Notes: a model not told the origin generated them from the sequence alone. A stretch of DNA of 64,000 nt from Alphaproteobacteria bacterium (GCA_033345275.1 JAWPOF010000007.1:21760-85759); one strand, 5' to 3'. Shown: positions 29,513 to 39,622, counted from the stretch's first letter. Translations and numbers: made by a program.

Positions 29513-30673
29513 CTAGAATGTTAAATTCAATCGAATTCCCAGTTCTGCTTGAACATCAGCATTGTTCCGGAATATATTGAACGTGCATTCACTATAGGCC
29601 CCAATTTGTACAATGTCCGTTAATTGATATGCGGCCGCCATACTAAAAGTATATGTATCATACCAACCAAAATTGCTTATATATGACAATATTTTATTTT
29701 TGGTATTTATTTGCATTCCAGCTGTTGGCCAGCCATCTAAAAACTGTTGGGATGGAACCTTTGGGGGTGGGGTTACAGATAAGATAACACCCTTTTGCTT
29801 GTGCATAAATTTAAACCCGCTGCCAAATGACCAGCGATTATCATTCTGATAAAATATATTAAACCCCAGGTTATAATTTGTTCTGTCATCAAGTCTAACA
29901 GAAATCTCGTTTGGGAAGCCAAGTATATCCAATTTAGGTCGTATCATAACGTTATATACTGGGCGCATATCAACCTGTATCAGTTTTATTTTGTAGTCGT
30001 CATTGCTGAAATTTCGCTCAACCCCAACAAAAGCCGAAACACTGAACTTTGACCAAGTCTTGCCCAATTGTGTCCCAACATGAAGTCCCCGACTGCCATC
30101 GTAACAATTGTCCGGGATCAGCCCATGTGATGTTATTGAGCCACGCATTGCGCCAAATCCATTAGAATGGGCATCTGCATATAAATCCAATGTCCACCCA
30201 GACATTGTATCAATCGCGCGAAAATTCAAGCCAGCCAAAGCAAATTGAATGCCAGATTTCTGGGTATTGTCATCGCGCATATAGTCGATTTTTCCGTAGA
30301 GTTTCAGTGCGTTTAAAATGCCGATCCCCAGTTCTTCTCGTGCACGCCAGCTGGTTTTATTACGGGGGGTATCATCAGATAAAACGAACGTCGGTCCCAG
30401 TGACGTCTTGGAATATATTGTTCCTGGTTTAGGCATATAAAGCGGACTTTCCGCATTGGCGCTATGATCCATTTTGTTCTGGGGGGTATTAGATTTTTCT
30501 GTCTGTACGGTTCGATCTGTATTGCCTGACAAACCATATCTTGGTTGCTTATATACTTTGTTGCGTTGCACATATGCCCAATCATCGTCTGTGGATGTAT
30601 TATAGGGGGCGGCCGCGACCATGTGGGGGACAAATAAACACAATACAGCAGGTACAAAGAAATTTTTTTTCAT
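29513..30673 (-). CDS. Outer-membrane beta-barrel protein, paralog B (begins with an A8 tract in codons 2-4)
   Basis: 386 aa. SPLYMPKPGTIYSKTSLG motif shared with 28380-29414. C-terminal IRLNLTF. Signal peptide MKKNFFVPAVLCLFVPHMVAA. Confidence 0.65.
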   Translation of the reverse strand: MKKNFFVPAVLCLFVPHMVAAAPYNTSTDDDWAYVQRNKVYKQPRYGLSGNTDRTVQTEKSNTPQNKMDHSANAESPLYMPKPGTIYSKTSLGPTFVLSDDTPRNKTSWRAREELGIGILNALKLYGKIDYMRDDNTQKSGIQFALAGLNFRAIDTMSGWTLDLYADAHSNGFGAMRGSITSHGLIPDNCYDGSRGLHVGTQLGKTWSKFSVSAFVGVERNFSNDDYKIKLIQVDMRPVYNVMIRPKLDILGFPNEISVRLDDRTNYNLGFNIFYQNDNRWSFGSGFKFMHKQKGVILSVTPPPKVPSQQFLDGWPTAGMQINTKNKILSYISNFGWYDTYTFSMAAAYQLTDIVQIGAYSECTFNIFRNNADVQAELGIRLNLTF

Positions 30674-30836
30674 CTTTTATTGCCTCGTTGTTAACAGAAT
30701 ATTCCAAATGCTTTTTGATATACTATATTATCACTTATTTCAGGAAAAAAATCAAAGCATCTTTTTGCTGTTAACGCCCAAATTTCAGCATAGCCCCGAT
30801 TAAAAATCAAACAAAGTAATTATAAGACTATAAATA

Positions 30837-30859
30837 AACCCGCCACTCGGCGGGTTTTG
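30837..30859 (-). terminator. Terminator downstream of gap (aaacccgccactcggcgggtttt)
   Basis: Hairpin immediately 3' of the gap stop codon on the minus strand. Confidence 0.7.
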
Positions 30860-30863
30860 GACA

Positions 30864-31865
30864 TTATTTTATAAACTTGCCCATCTCGACAGCGGTGTCA
30901 TTCATGCGGTTTGAAAAACCCCATTCGTTATCATACCATGCGGTCACGTGCGCCAATTTTTTGTCCAAGACTTTGGTCAGGCCCGCATCAAAAACCGAAC
31001 TGTGTGCATCATGAGTAAAATCAATTGATACCAATGGCAATTCGTTATATCCAAATGTTTCTGATTGCGCCGCACGCATAGCTGCATTTATCTCTTCGAC
31101 TGTTGCGTCATGTTCCATATTTACAACCAGTTCCACAACAGACACATCTGGTGTTGGAACACGAATGGCCATACCATCCAGTTTCCCTGCCAGTTCTGGC
31201 AATACCAATCCAATTGCCTTGGCTGCGCCCGTACTGGTTGGAATCATAGACAAGCTTGCCGCCCGTGCACGACGGAAATCTTTGTGATTTTTATCCAGCA
31301 ACTGTTGGTCGCCTGTATATGCATGCACAGTTGTCATCCAACCCGACACAATACCGAATTTTTCATTCAATACTTTGACCACCGGTGCTAAACAGTTTGT
31401 TGTACAAGATGCATTTGAAACAATAATATCATCAGCGGTCAACGTGTCCTGATTTACTCCGAACACAATTGTTTTGTCAGCTCCGGCTGATGGGGCAGAC
31501 ACTAACACGCGTTTTGCGCCTGCGTCAATATGTACACGGGCCTTGTCAGCGGCGGTAAAAATACCAGTACATTCCATAACCACATCGATATTTAATTCGC
31601 GCCATGGCAATTTTGCCGGGTCACGTTCCGCGATACATTTAATGCGCTGATTGCCGACAACAATGTATTCGCCGTCCAGTTTCACATCCAACGGCATATT
31701 TCCATGCACAGAATCATATTTCAGCAAATAGGCATTTTGTTCCGCAGGCGCCAAATCATTAACCGCCACAAACTCAATATCATCGCGCTTTGATTCCAGT
31801 GCAGCCCGCAACACTAAACGACCAATGCGCCCGAAACCATTAATAGCTACTCTTAATTTTGACAT
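30864..31865 (-). CDS. gap: Glyceraldehyde-3-phosphate dehydrogenase (type I)
   Basis: INGFGRIGR N-terminus, active-site SNASCTTNCLAP, 333 aa. Confidence 0.95.
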   Translation of the reverse strand: MSKLRVAINGFGRIGRLVLRAALESKRDDIEFVAVNDLAPAEQNAYLLKYDSVHGNMPLDVKLDGEYIVVGNQRIKCIAERDPAKLPWRELNIDVVMECTGIFTAADKARVHIDAGAKRVLVSAPSAGADKTIVFGVNQDTLTADDIIVSNASCTTNCLAPVVKVLNEKFGIVSGWMTTVHAYTGDQQLLDKNHKDFRRARAASLSMIPTSTGAAKAIGLVLPELAGKLDGMAIRVPTPDVSVVELVVNMEHDATVEEINAAMRAAQSETFGYNELPLVSIDFTHDAHSSVFDAGLTKVLDKKLAHVTAWYDNEWGFSNRMNDTAVEMGKFIK

Positions 31866-31973
31866 ACTTATTTCCTTTCGTTTATTTAATTGGACTTGGT
31901 TATAATACCCCCGGCGGGAAAAAAATACAATATTTTATTTACATTTTGAACTTGTTGTCTATAATTCAGTTCA

Positions 31974-32867
31974 ATGAAACCAGTCGCATATATCATCACA
32001 GGACCAACTGCTTCGGGCAAATCGGACTTTGCTCACCAGTTGGCATGTCGTACAAATGGCACTGTTATAAATTGTGACAGTGTCCAAATATATCGTGGTA
32101 TTGAATCCATTTCGGCCAGTCCTTTTGTCAACCGTGATAATTTTGATGACATTGACGGCATTCCGTATCGCCTGTTTTCCATATTGCCATTAACAGACCA
32201 GATTTCTGTATCAGAATATTTGGAAATGGCGACAAGGGAATATGACGCAGCTGTCGCATCAGGGCGCACACCAATCTTTGTTGGTGGGACCGGATATTAT
32301 ATAAACGCATTGATAAACGGGATTTCGCCAATGCCGGACATTTCAGACGAGATTCGTCAACGTGCGCGTGAATTAGTCGCCACCGATTTGGATGGGGCGC
32401 GTCGCATGTTGCCACCCGAATTTGCTGCAACCGACCCGCAACGCGTTGCCCGCGCGGTCGAGGTTTTTTTTGCAACTGGTCGCCACATTACAGAATTTCA
32501 AAGCGCCCCCCGGGTTGGCGCAGTTGTACCATCTGCAAAACGCATTTTAATAAATCCAGATTCTGAATTGTTACGCGAACGCATTGCCGCGCGCATACCG
32601 TTGATGTTGAACGCAGGCGCCATGGCCGAGGCTCACAGAATTTTGGAATCAGGCTGGGATGAAAATCGTGCGATTGGCGCATCGCAGTTGTGCAGACTTA
32701 TTCGTGGCGAAATATCACAATCAGAATGTATTGAAAATTGGATAACTCGCACAAACCAGTATGCTAAACGTCAACGCACTTGGTTCCGCACCCAGTACAA
32801 TCCGGACATTGTTTTATCGCATGTTCCAACGACGAACGATATTGCAATTTTATTAGATAATATTTAA
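31974..32867 (+). CDS. miaA: tRNA dimethylallyltransferase
   Basis: P-loop ITGPTASGKSDFA, conserved GGTGLY-like VGGTGYYINALI, 297 aa. Confidence 0.9.
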   Translation: MKPVAYIITGPTASGKSDFAHQLACRTNGTVINCDSVQIYRGIESISASPFVNRDNFDDIDGIPYRLFSILPLTDQISVSEYLEMATREYDAAVASGRTPIFVGGTGYYINALINGISPMPDISDEIRQRARELVATDLDGARRMLPPEFAATDPQRVARAVEVFFATGRHITEFQSAPRVGAVVPSAKRILINPDSELLRERIAARIPLMLNAGAMAEAHRILESGWDENRAIGASQLCRLIRGEISQSECIENWITRTNQYAKRQRTWFRTQYNPDIVLSHVPTTNDIAILLDNI

Positions 32868-32893
32868 AATACAAAAAACAAAGGAGAAAACAT

Positions 32894-33433
32894 ATGTGGA
32901 CAGCAGTCGCAATAATCGCAGTTGTATTATTATATTTCATTGCCGTATATAACGGCCTGATAGCTCGTCGCAACCAAGTACGCGAGGCATGGGCAACCGT
33001 CGACACTCAGTTAAAGCGCAGATATGATTTAATTCCTAATTTGGTTGAAACTGTTCGTGGCGCAGCCAAGCATGAATCTGAAACATTGGCGGCGGTGACA
33101 AATGCCCGTAATGCGGCAATGGCGGCGAACGGCCCCGCATCAGGAGATGCGCAGAATAAATTAACCCAGACATTGAAAAGTTTGTTCGCGGTCGCTGAAT
33201 CTTATCCAGATTTAAAAGCGAACCAGAATTTTCTGGAATTACAGCGCGAACTGACGGATACAGAAACAAAAATCCAGGCGTCTCGGCAGTTTTATAATAC
33301 GGTTGTCATGGGGTTGAATACTCAGATTGAACAGTTCCCATCCAGCATAGTTGCGAACATTTGCAAAATCACACCGGAAAAAATGTTTGAAATTGACGAA
33401 GCGGAACGCGTCGCCCCCCAGGTAAAATTCTAA
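32894..33433 (+). CDS. lemA: LemA-family membrane protein
   Basis: N-terminal TM then the conserved LIARRNQVREAWATVDTQLKRRYDLIPNLVETV LemA core. 179 aa. Confidence 0.85.
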   Translation: MWTAVAIIAVVLLYFIAVYNGLIARRNQVREAWATVDTQLKRRYDLIPNLVETVRGAAKHESETLAAVTNARNAAMAANGPASGDAQNKLTQTLKSLFAVAESYPDLKANQNFLELQRELTDTETKIQASRQFYNTVVMGLNTQIEQFPSSIVANICKITPEKMFEIDEAERVAPQVKF

Positions 33434-33473
33434 GTCCAAGACATTTGAACCGATATATTCGTTAAAATAAACG

Positions 33474-34748
33474 ATGCTTGAAACGGTCGCCCCAATCTTA
33501 AACGCAACGCAGTTATCTGCATTTGATGCGATTGAACGCACTAATTCAAATATTTTAATATTGGGGCCGGCTGGAACTGGCAAATCGACATTTATAAATT
33601 ATCTTAAAAGCGCGTCGAAAAAGCGGATTATATGTGCCTGCCCAACGGCTGTATCAGCGCTGAATGTTGGGGGACAGACGATTCACTCTTTGTTTCAAAT
33701 ACAGCCGCGCGATTTCATATTGCCAGAATTTTTGAAATTAAAGGCCAAGCCTCGCAATATTCTGAACGCCACAGATGTTTTAGTTATCGATGAAATTTCG
33801 ATGGTTGCACCTGATTTGTTGGACGCAATTGACATTTTGGCTCGAATGGCCCGTCGCAACAATGAACCCTTTGGCGGAATCCAGATTGTGGCCATTGGCG
33901 ATTTATTCCAGTTGCCACCTGTAATAACGCGCGAAGCAACCCAGTATTACACATCTGAATACGGTCATCCCAACGCATACTTTTTTGACAGCAATGTTTA
34001 CCATCGGGCAAATTTTACAAAGTATAATTTTGATTTTGTATATCGTCAAAATGATTTGCCCTTACTAGAAAATTTGGTACAACTGCGCAACAACGATACC
34101 GCCAGTCTGGATTTTTTTAACGCATGCCGTATTGACGATGTCACTCGTCGTGCGAATGCGGTTTTAATCACGCCTTTTCGTGCTGTGGCCGAGCGTATAA
34201 ATGCGACTCGCCTGGCCCAGATAAATGAAACGCCTGTTGTGTACAATGGTGTACTGACTGGCAGTTTTTCCGAACGTGATGTGCCGGCACCATTGGCATT
34301 GGAATTAAAGGTTGGCGCATTGGTTGTTTTTGTGAAAAATGGCGACAAATGGCATAACGGTTCTATGGGATTGGTGCGCAGTTTATCTGCCCGTGAAATC
34401 ACGGTTCAGTTATTGTCGGATTCGCGTGACACGGTATCTGTCAAGCCTGACAAATGGGAAAAGATTGAATACACTCGTGATGAAAACGACCGTTTGATTG
34501 AAAACGAGATAGGCGCATATAAACAGTTTCCGCTAACATTGGGATACGCCATGACAATCCATCGAGCCCAGGGCAAAACCTTGGATGCGGTTGTGGTTGA
34601 TATTTCGCGTGGCGCATTTGCACACGGCCAAACCTATGTTGCATTATCTCGCACTCGGCGCAGTACCGACATGCATATTGCAACCCCACTTCGTCCACGT
34701 GATGTTATTTTTGATGAACGTGTTTTGGACTTTGTTTTGCGCGATTAA
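33474..34748 (+). CDS. PIF1/RecD-like SF1B DNA helicase (AAA_30-type ATPase)
   Basis: Walker A ILGPAGTGKST, Walker B VIDEISMV, C-terminal TIHRAQGKTLD...ALSRTRR motif characteristic of PIF1/RecD/TraA-like helicases. Confidence 0.7.
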   Translation: MLETVAPILNATQLSAFDAIERTNSNILILGPAGTGKSTFINYLKSASKKRIICACPTAVSALNVGGQTIHSLFQIQPRDFILPEFLKLKAKPRNILNATDVLVIDEISMVAPDLLDAIDILARMARRNNEPFGGIQIVAIGDLFQLPPVITREATQYYTSEYGHPNAYFFDSNVYHRANFTKYNFDFVYRQNDLPLLENLVQLRNNDTASLDFFNACRIDDVTRRANAVLITPFRAVAERINATRLAQINETPVVYNGVLTGSFSERDVPAPLALELKVGALVVFVKNGDKWHNGSMGLVRSLSAREITVQLLSDSRDTVSVKPDKWEKIEYTRDENDRLIENEIGAYKQFPLTLGYAMTIHRAQGKTLDAVVVDISRGAFAHGQTYVALSRTRRSTDMHIATPLRPRDVIFDERVLDFVLRD

Positions 34749-35742
34749 CTTTACCAAATAATTGTTTGCCCGTTGCCCGCATTCGTTGGACGTCGATATC
34801 GTTACCAGATACCAGTTGTTCGGGGCATGGGACCTCGGCGCCAGCTATTGCAGCATTGATGGCGTTATTTATTGCGTTTTGTTCCGCAGTAAAAATTATT
34901 TTTCCATTTTGTGTCAATTGTTCAGAATTGTTTTTATAGCCATAGCTAAATCCATGTTCTGCGCCATTTGTGGTATTTAATTTTCCTGCAATAAAAACAT
35001 TTGCATAGTCTTTGCCCATAAAAGCAGGTGCCAAATTATCCTGATGCAAAGCAATCTGTGAAAATTTATCATAAAAATTCAATGTGTCATCAGACGCAGA
35101 CATAAAATTTACAGTAGTGAACATAGCGTTTTCCAGCGGTGCTGTTGGATTGTGCTGAATTGCCACCACTGCGGCCAGACATCGTTTAATTGTCGCGTCA
35201 TCAAAGCCCGCATTTTGCATATTCAATGCAGCCATTCGGGCCAGTTCATTTGTCACCACCGCTCCATGGCAGTGCGAATAAATAATTAAATTACGCATAT
35301 TTTGCATGGTTGCGCCCGCGTCCCCATATACAATGCGAGGTTCAATCAGTTCATCATACACATCTTCGATATAGCCTGGGGTCGGTTCGTTTTCGTTTAT
35401 ATTGGCCAACTGTTGTTCTTTGCGTCGAGCTGCAACCTGATCTGTATCCAATGCAACCCTGCGCCCAGCGCGTCGAAAAATATCAGCCTTGACCAACATT
35501 GGGTCCAGTGATTCAAATTTATACACCGCCGCATACATGTTAATTTCAGACCTGGCTTGAATAATGCTGTCCAGGCGTTCCATGTACCCCAGCGCCTTAG
35601 CCTCGCTTACGGTCAGCGCCCCACCCAGCACCAGCAGTGCCGGTTTGTCTGTCGGGATATTTCCTGCATACACAAAGTGTTTGCCATTTGTGCTGGGCAA
35701 ATATTTTATGATCTGTGCGCTGCTGCCAACATATTGTGTCAT
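34705..35742 (-). CDS. Hypothetical protein (345 aa)
   Basis: No confidently recognisable motif. Convergently overlaps the helicase 3' end by ~44 nt. Confidence 0.35.
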   Translation of the reverse strand: MTQYVGSSAQIIKYLPSTNGKHFVYAGNIPTDKPALLVLGGALTVSEAKALGYMERLDSIIQARSEINMYAAVYKFESLDPMLVKADIFRRAGRRVALDTDQVAARRKEQQLANINENEPTPGYIEDVYDELIEPRIVYGDAGATMQNMRNLIIYSHCHGAVVTNELARMAALNMQNAGFDDATIKRCLAAVVAIQHNPTAPLENAMFTTVNFMSASDDTLNFYDKFSQIALHQDNLAPAFMGKDYANVFIAGKLNTTNGAEHGFSYGYKNNSEQLTQNGKIIFTAEQNAINNAINAAIAGAEVPCPEQLVSGNDIDVQRMRATGKQLFGKVNRAKQSPKHVHQK

Positions 35743-36125
35743 ATATCCTTCCTCATTATAATGGCATCAATACCATCGTAATATTTCGGGCGTATCCCAA
35801 TTTGTACAAAGTTGTTTTGCTTGTACAACGCGCGTGCTGGGGTATTATCCGCCGCCACCTCTAAAAATATATGTTTTACACCACGTTTTTTCAAGTCTAC
35901 TTCCATAATCCCAATCATCGCTGCGGCAATACCGGTACGTCGTGCCTCGGGCGCAACCCCAACAGTGATAATTTCTGCCTCGTCGCATGTTGCGCGATAA
36001 ACAATAAATCCATTTTGACTAGAGATAATTTCACATCCCGATTTTTTTAAATCGGCAAAATCGTCCGCAGACCATGGTTTGTGCGGAAAGCATTTTTGAT
36101 GAAGGTTTGCCAATTCATTTAACAT
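35739..36125 (-). CDS. rimI: Ribosomal-protein-alanine N-acetyltransferase (GNAT)
   Basis: GNAT motif A region VGVAPEARRTGIAAAMIG, ~130 aa, in the tsaB neighbourhood. Confidence 0.8.
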   Translation of the reverse strand: MLNELANLHQKCFPHKPWSADDFADLKKSGCEIISSQNGFIVYRATCDEAEIITVGVAPEARRTGIAAAMIGIMEVDLKKRGVKHIFLEVAADNTPARALYKQNNFVQIGIRPKYYDGIDAIIMRKDI

Positions 36126-36441
36126 TTTGTTTAAGGAGCTTCAGCTTTAACTGTTCGAATATTTGTTTTGCAAATTCAGTATTTGTTTCTTGAATTTTTA
36201 CATTTGTTTCGTCTATTTGCATAATAAAATGTAAATCAATACTTTGTTTGCTGTTATAGTCCCGGATGTGATAAACATCTAAAAATTCATTACTTTTCCA
36301 TATGCGATATGTATCTATATATTTATATGATTGTTTGCAAAATGGGGCATGCTGTAAAAAACAAACCTTTTCATTATCTGCAAGGCATTCAATACGACTG
36401 TGTATTTGGTTTTTTAATAAAGATTTGATATTTTCTTGCAT
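36115..36441 (-). CDS. Hypothetical small protein encoded by an AT-rich insert between tsaB and rimI
   Basis: 108-aa ORF. Local composition is markedly more AT-rich than the flanking genes. No motif recognised. Confidence 0.3.
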   Translation of the reverse strand: MQENIKSLLKNQIHSRIECLADNEKVCFLQHAPFCKQSYKYIDTYRIWKSNEFLDVYHIRDYNSKQSIDLHFIMQIDETNVKIQETNTEFAKQIFEQLKLKLLKQNVK

Positions 36442-36444
36442 ATA

Positions 36445-36987
36445 TTATTTGCCCTTGTTTTCTTCTGCATAGCTGGGACGCAGGTACATCGGCACCACAG
36501 GTTTAAAGTCTTTGGCGGCAATTTTATGTTGCACAAATTGCACCCCTAGTTTCAAATCAAATGGTTTATGTCCAACAGTGCGCGCCCATTCCATCTGTTT
36601 TGTTTCAATTTCATCTATTGTCATTGTTTGTGGTTCTAAACTGTCCGCTGCGACAAAGAAATCCCCCCGTCCAGAATCGATCGCAACAAATGCATCTGGT
36701 GCCGCCGCCAGATATAAATCAAACGCACTGATTCCAACAACTGGTATTTCTAAGCCCAACGCAATCCCTTTTGCGTATGCGATGCCCAGTCGAATACCTG
36801 TAAAACTGCCTGGCCCTACAACGACACCAATTGCAGATATATCGCGCCATGATGCCCCAGATTCTGTGATAAATTTTTCGCATTCAACGGGCAGGGCGCT
36901 TGATTGCTTTTCCGCCATCACAGATTTGTATTTGTTATCTAACACAAATTCCAGTCCTGCCCCAGATGTGTTAATAATCAATATCAT
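36445..36987 (-). CDS. tsaB: tRNA threonylcarbamoyladenosine biosynthesis protein TsaB (YeaZ)
   Basis: MILIINTSGAGLEFVL N-terminus and GPGSFTGIRLGIAYAKGIA motif of the inactive Kae1/TsaD-like fold. 180 aa. Confidence 0.85.
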   Translation of the reverse strand: MILIINTSGAGLEFVLDNKYKSVMAEKQSSALPVECEKFITESGASWRDISAIGVVVGPGSFTGIRLGIAYAKGIALGLEIPVVGISAFDLYLAAAPDAFVAIDSGRGDFFVAADSLEPQTMTIDEIETKQMEWARTVGHKPFDLKLGVQFVQHKIAAKDFKPVVPMYLRPSYAEENKGK

Positions 36988-38753
36988 ACACGCACCCCAA
37001 ATCCAATTTTTTTACCGCTGTTCAAGGTTCTTCTGATTGCCAGCAACTCGTCGATTTTTTCTGGCGTAAATTCCGTCTTAGTATCCACGCAGTTGTTTTC
37101 CAACAAAGAACGGCGCAATACTGCGGTCAATTCACGTTGCGCCTGGCGCACACCTTGTTCCGAAGTATATTTTTGAATCAAATGACGAATTGCATCATCA
37201 TTCATGATAATATCATCAATATTCCAGCCTGTGTCATGCGCCGCCCGTCCAATCAGATGTTCACGTGCGATTTTAACTTTGTCGTCCATTGAATAGCCTG
37301 GAATTTCAATGATTTCCATACGGTCTTTCAGCGCATTGGACATATTCAAACTGTTCGCAGTTGCGATAAACATAACATTTGACAGGTCAAAGTCCACCTC
37401 TAAATAATGGTCACGGAAAGCCTTGTTCTGTTCTGGGTCCAGTATTTCCAGCAACGCAGATTCTGGATCGCCGCGCCAATCTCGTCCCATCTTATCAATT
37501 TCGTCCAGCACGATAACCGGATTGTTTGCTTTGCACCGTTTCAGCGCATCCATAATTCGTCCTGTTTGTGCACCGATATATGTCTTGCGATGACCACGGA
37601 AATGAGCTTCGTCTGAAATTCCGCCCAGGGAAATGCGTTGATATTTGCGCCCCAATGCGGCTGCAATTGATTTGCACAGCGAAGTTTTACCAACGCCTGG
37701 CGCGCCAACAAAGCACAAAATTGAACCCAGATTAGATTTAGTTTTTTTCATTACAGCAATATGTTCCAGAATGCGTTCTTTGACTGCGTCCATACCCGAA
37801 TGTTCTCTGTCCAACACATCGCGCGCATGTTTCAAATCAATTTCTGTTTTGTCTGATTTGTCCCACGGCATAGCCAACAGTTCGTCCAGATATGTTTTCA
37901 ACAGGGCTCCTTCATTAGACGCAGGCGACATCGAACGCATGCGTTTCCATTCGGTCATTGCTTTTTCTTTGGCATCTGCTGGCATTGACGACATCAGGAT
38001 TTTTTTACGAATATTGGCGGTATCTACTTCGCCATCATCTTCGCCCATTTCTTTTTGCAGTGCGCGCATTTTTTCTTGTAATATAGCCTCTCGCCTGCCA
38101 GTTTCCATCTGCTGATGTATGCGTCGATTAATGGATTCTTCGATTTTGGCTGTTTCAAGCATCAGTTTGACTGCCTCAAGCAATATAGTCAGCTTATCCC
38201 TCCAACTGGTCGCCCTTAGAACACGCACAGCAACATCAGTACTAACATCAGCGGTCTGGATTACCGCATCGACAAACGCGGGCAGGGGATAGTTTTCAAT
38301 CACATTACGCAATTTATCCATTTTGAATTTGTGTGTAGAAAACGCCAGCGAACGCATATTATCCGCCAGCACATCGCGCAAAGCCAAGGTCTGCTCGGCA
38401 TTCATATCATCTTGGACAACGATTGGCGTTGCCTGGCCAGAAAATATTCCATCATTAACTTCAATATCAGATATCGATACGGCATCGGTCGTCCGAACCA
38501 ACAGGTGGACTGCCCCATCTGGCATAGACAACACCTGGACAACCTCTCCGATTGTGCCAACGTCATAAATATCATCGACGCTGGACGGATATGCCCAACT
38601 GCGCTGAGGCACCAGTATTAATTGTTGATGTCCCGTATTTGCAGCGGTTTTGATACAATTAACAGACATGTGATTGTCAACTAACACCGGCACAGGCTGC
38701 CCCGGAGAAACGACCAAATCACGAAATGGTAAAATATAGTTTTTCATGGCCAA
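36984..38753 (-). CDS. lon: Lon-like ATPase: Lon N-terminal substrate domain plus AAA+ module but no S16 peptidase domain (truncated lon)
   Basis: Strong collinearity with Lon through the LON N-domain and AAA+ (GAPGVGKTS Walker A, VIVLDEIDK Walker B, sensor regions). The ORF stops at ...NSGKKIGFGVRV, exactly where the protease domain would begin. No KDGPSAG motif. Stop overlaps the tsaB start. Confidence 0.75.
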   Translation of the reverse strand: MAMKNYILPFRDLVVSPGQPVPVLVDNHMSVNCIKTAANTGHQQLILVPQRSWAYPSSVDDIYDVGTIGEVVQVLSMPDGAVHLLVRTTDAVSISDIEVNDGIFSGQATPIVVQDDMNAEQTLALRDVLADNMRSLAFSTHKFKMDKLRNVIENYPLPAFVDAVIQTADVSTDVAVRVLRATSWRDKLTILLEAVKLMLETAKIEESINRRIHQQMETGRREAILQEKMRALQKEMGEDDGEVDTANIRKKILMSSMPADAKEKAMTEWKRMRSMSPASNEGALLKTYLDELLAMPWDKSDKTEIDLKHARDVLDREHSGMDAVKERILEHIAVMKKTKSNLGSILCFVGAPGVGKTSLCKSIAAALGRKYQRISLGGISDEAHFRGHRKTYIGAQTGRIMDALKRCKANNPVIVLDEIDKMGRDWRGDPESALLEILDPEQNKAFRDHYLEVDFDLSNVMFIATANSLNMSNALKDRMEIIEIPGYSMDDKVKIAREHLIGRAAHDTGWNIDDIIMNDDAIRHLIQKYTSEQGVRQAQRELTAVLRRSLLENNCVDTKTEFTPEKIDELLAIRRTLNSGKKIGFGVRV

Positions 38754-38942
38754 CTAAATATAATACATTTTATAGACTTTGCAAGATGAATAAAATGCTT
38801 GATTTTTCAAACAAAAGCGTATAGACTGTGCCTCGCTGGGTAATCAGAACTGATTAAACGGCGGTGGATTTTGGTCCCGCCCGCGATAAGGATTCTGTAA
38901 AATATCCGGCACCGTAAAACCAAAAATAAAAGGACAAAAATT

Positions 38943-39575
38943 ATGGCAAGAGCAGGCGCAAAGCGCAGCACACGCAAATTAAAGATTGGACGCTCGTTGG
39001 GTGTCAATCTGTGGGGCCAGGCTAAATCCCCATTTAACAAACGTAAATACAAACCGGGTCAGCATGGGCCAACATCTCGTGGTGGCAACTCATCTGATTA
39101 TGCAAAACAGATGCGTGCCAAGCAGACATTAAAGGGCTACTATGGCAACATCGGTGAAAAGAAATTCCGTAAATATTATATCGAAGCCGACAATATGAAG
39201 GGCGACACACCAGAAAACTTGATTGGTTTGTTGGAACGTCGTTTGGATGCGGTTGTATATCGTGCGAAATTGGCACCAACTGTATTCTCTTCACGTCAGT
39301 TAATCAGCCACGGCCACATCAATGTTAATGGCAAACGCGTAAAGATTGCATCGTACCAGGTTAAACCAGGTGATGTCATCACAGTCAGCGAAAAAGCCAA
39401 ACAGATGCCATTGGTCGTATTGGCGTTGGAATCTGCTGAACGCAACTTTGCGGACTATGTATCTGTTGACAGTGCGAACTTCACAGCGACATTTGTACGC
39501 GTACCTGCGTTCGAAGACGTACCATATCCTGTTCAGATGTTCCCAGAATTGGTCGTCGAATTCTATTCACGTTAA
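38943..39575 (+). CDS. rpsD: 30S ribosomal protein S4
   Basis: [53 protein letters not shown]-terminal VPYPVQM...VVEFYSR; alpha-type S4. Confidence 0.95.
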   Translation: MARAGAKRSTRKLKIGRSLGVNLWGQAKSPFNKRKYKPGQHGPTSRGGNSSDYAKQMRAKQTLKGYYGNIGEKKFRKYYIEADNMKGDTPENLIGLLERRLDAVVYRAKLAPTVFSSRQLISHGHINVNGKRVKIASYQVKPGDVITVSEKAKQMPLVVLALESAERNFADYVSVDSANFTATFVRVPAFEDVPYPVQMFPELVVEFYSR

Positions 39576-39590
39576 TTTACAACGAATACG

Positions 39591-39622
39591 AAGCCCCCCC
39601 CTGCACAAGGGGGGGATTTTTT
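39591..39622 (+). terminator. Rho-independent terminator after rpsD (aagccccccctgcacaagggggggatttttt)
   Basis: 8-bp G/C stem plus T-run. Confidence 0.8.

Noticed and set aside
36984-38753. BREX BrxL-type Lon-like protein
   Set aside because: The sequence is collinear with housekeeping LonA, including the LON N-domain. No brx/pgl genes are nearby. It is better explained as truncated lon.
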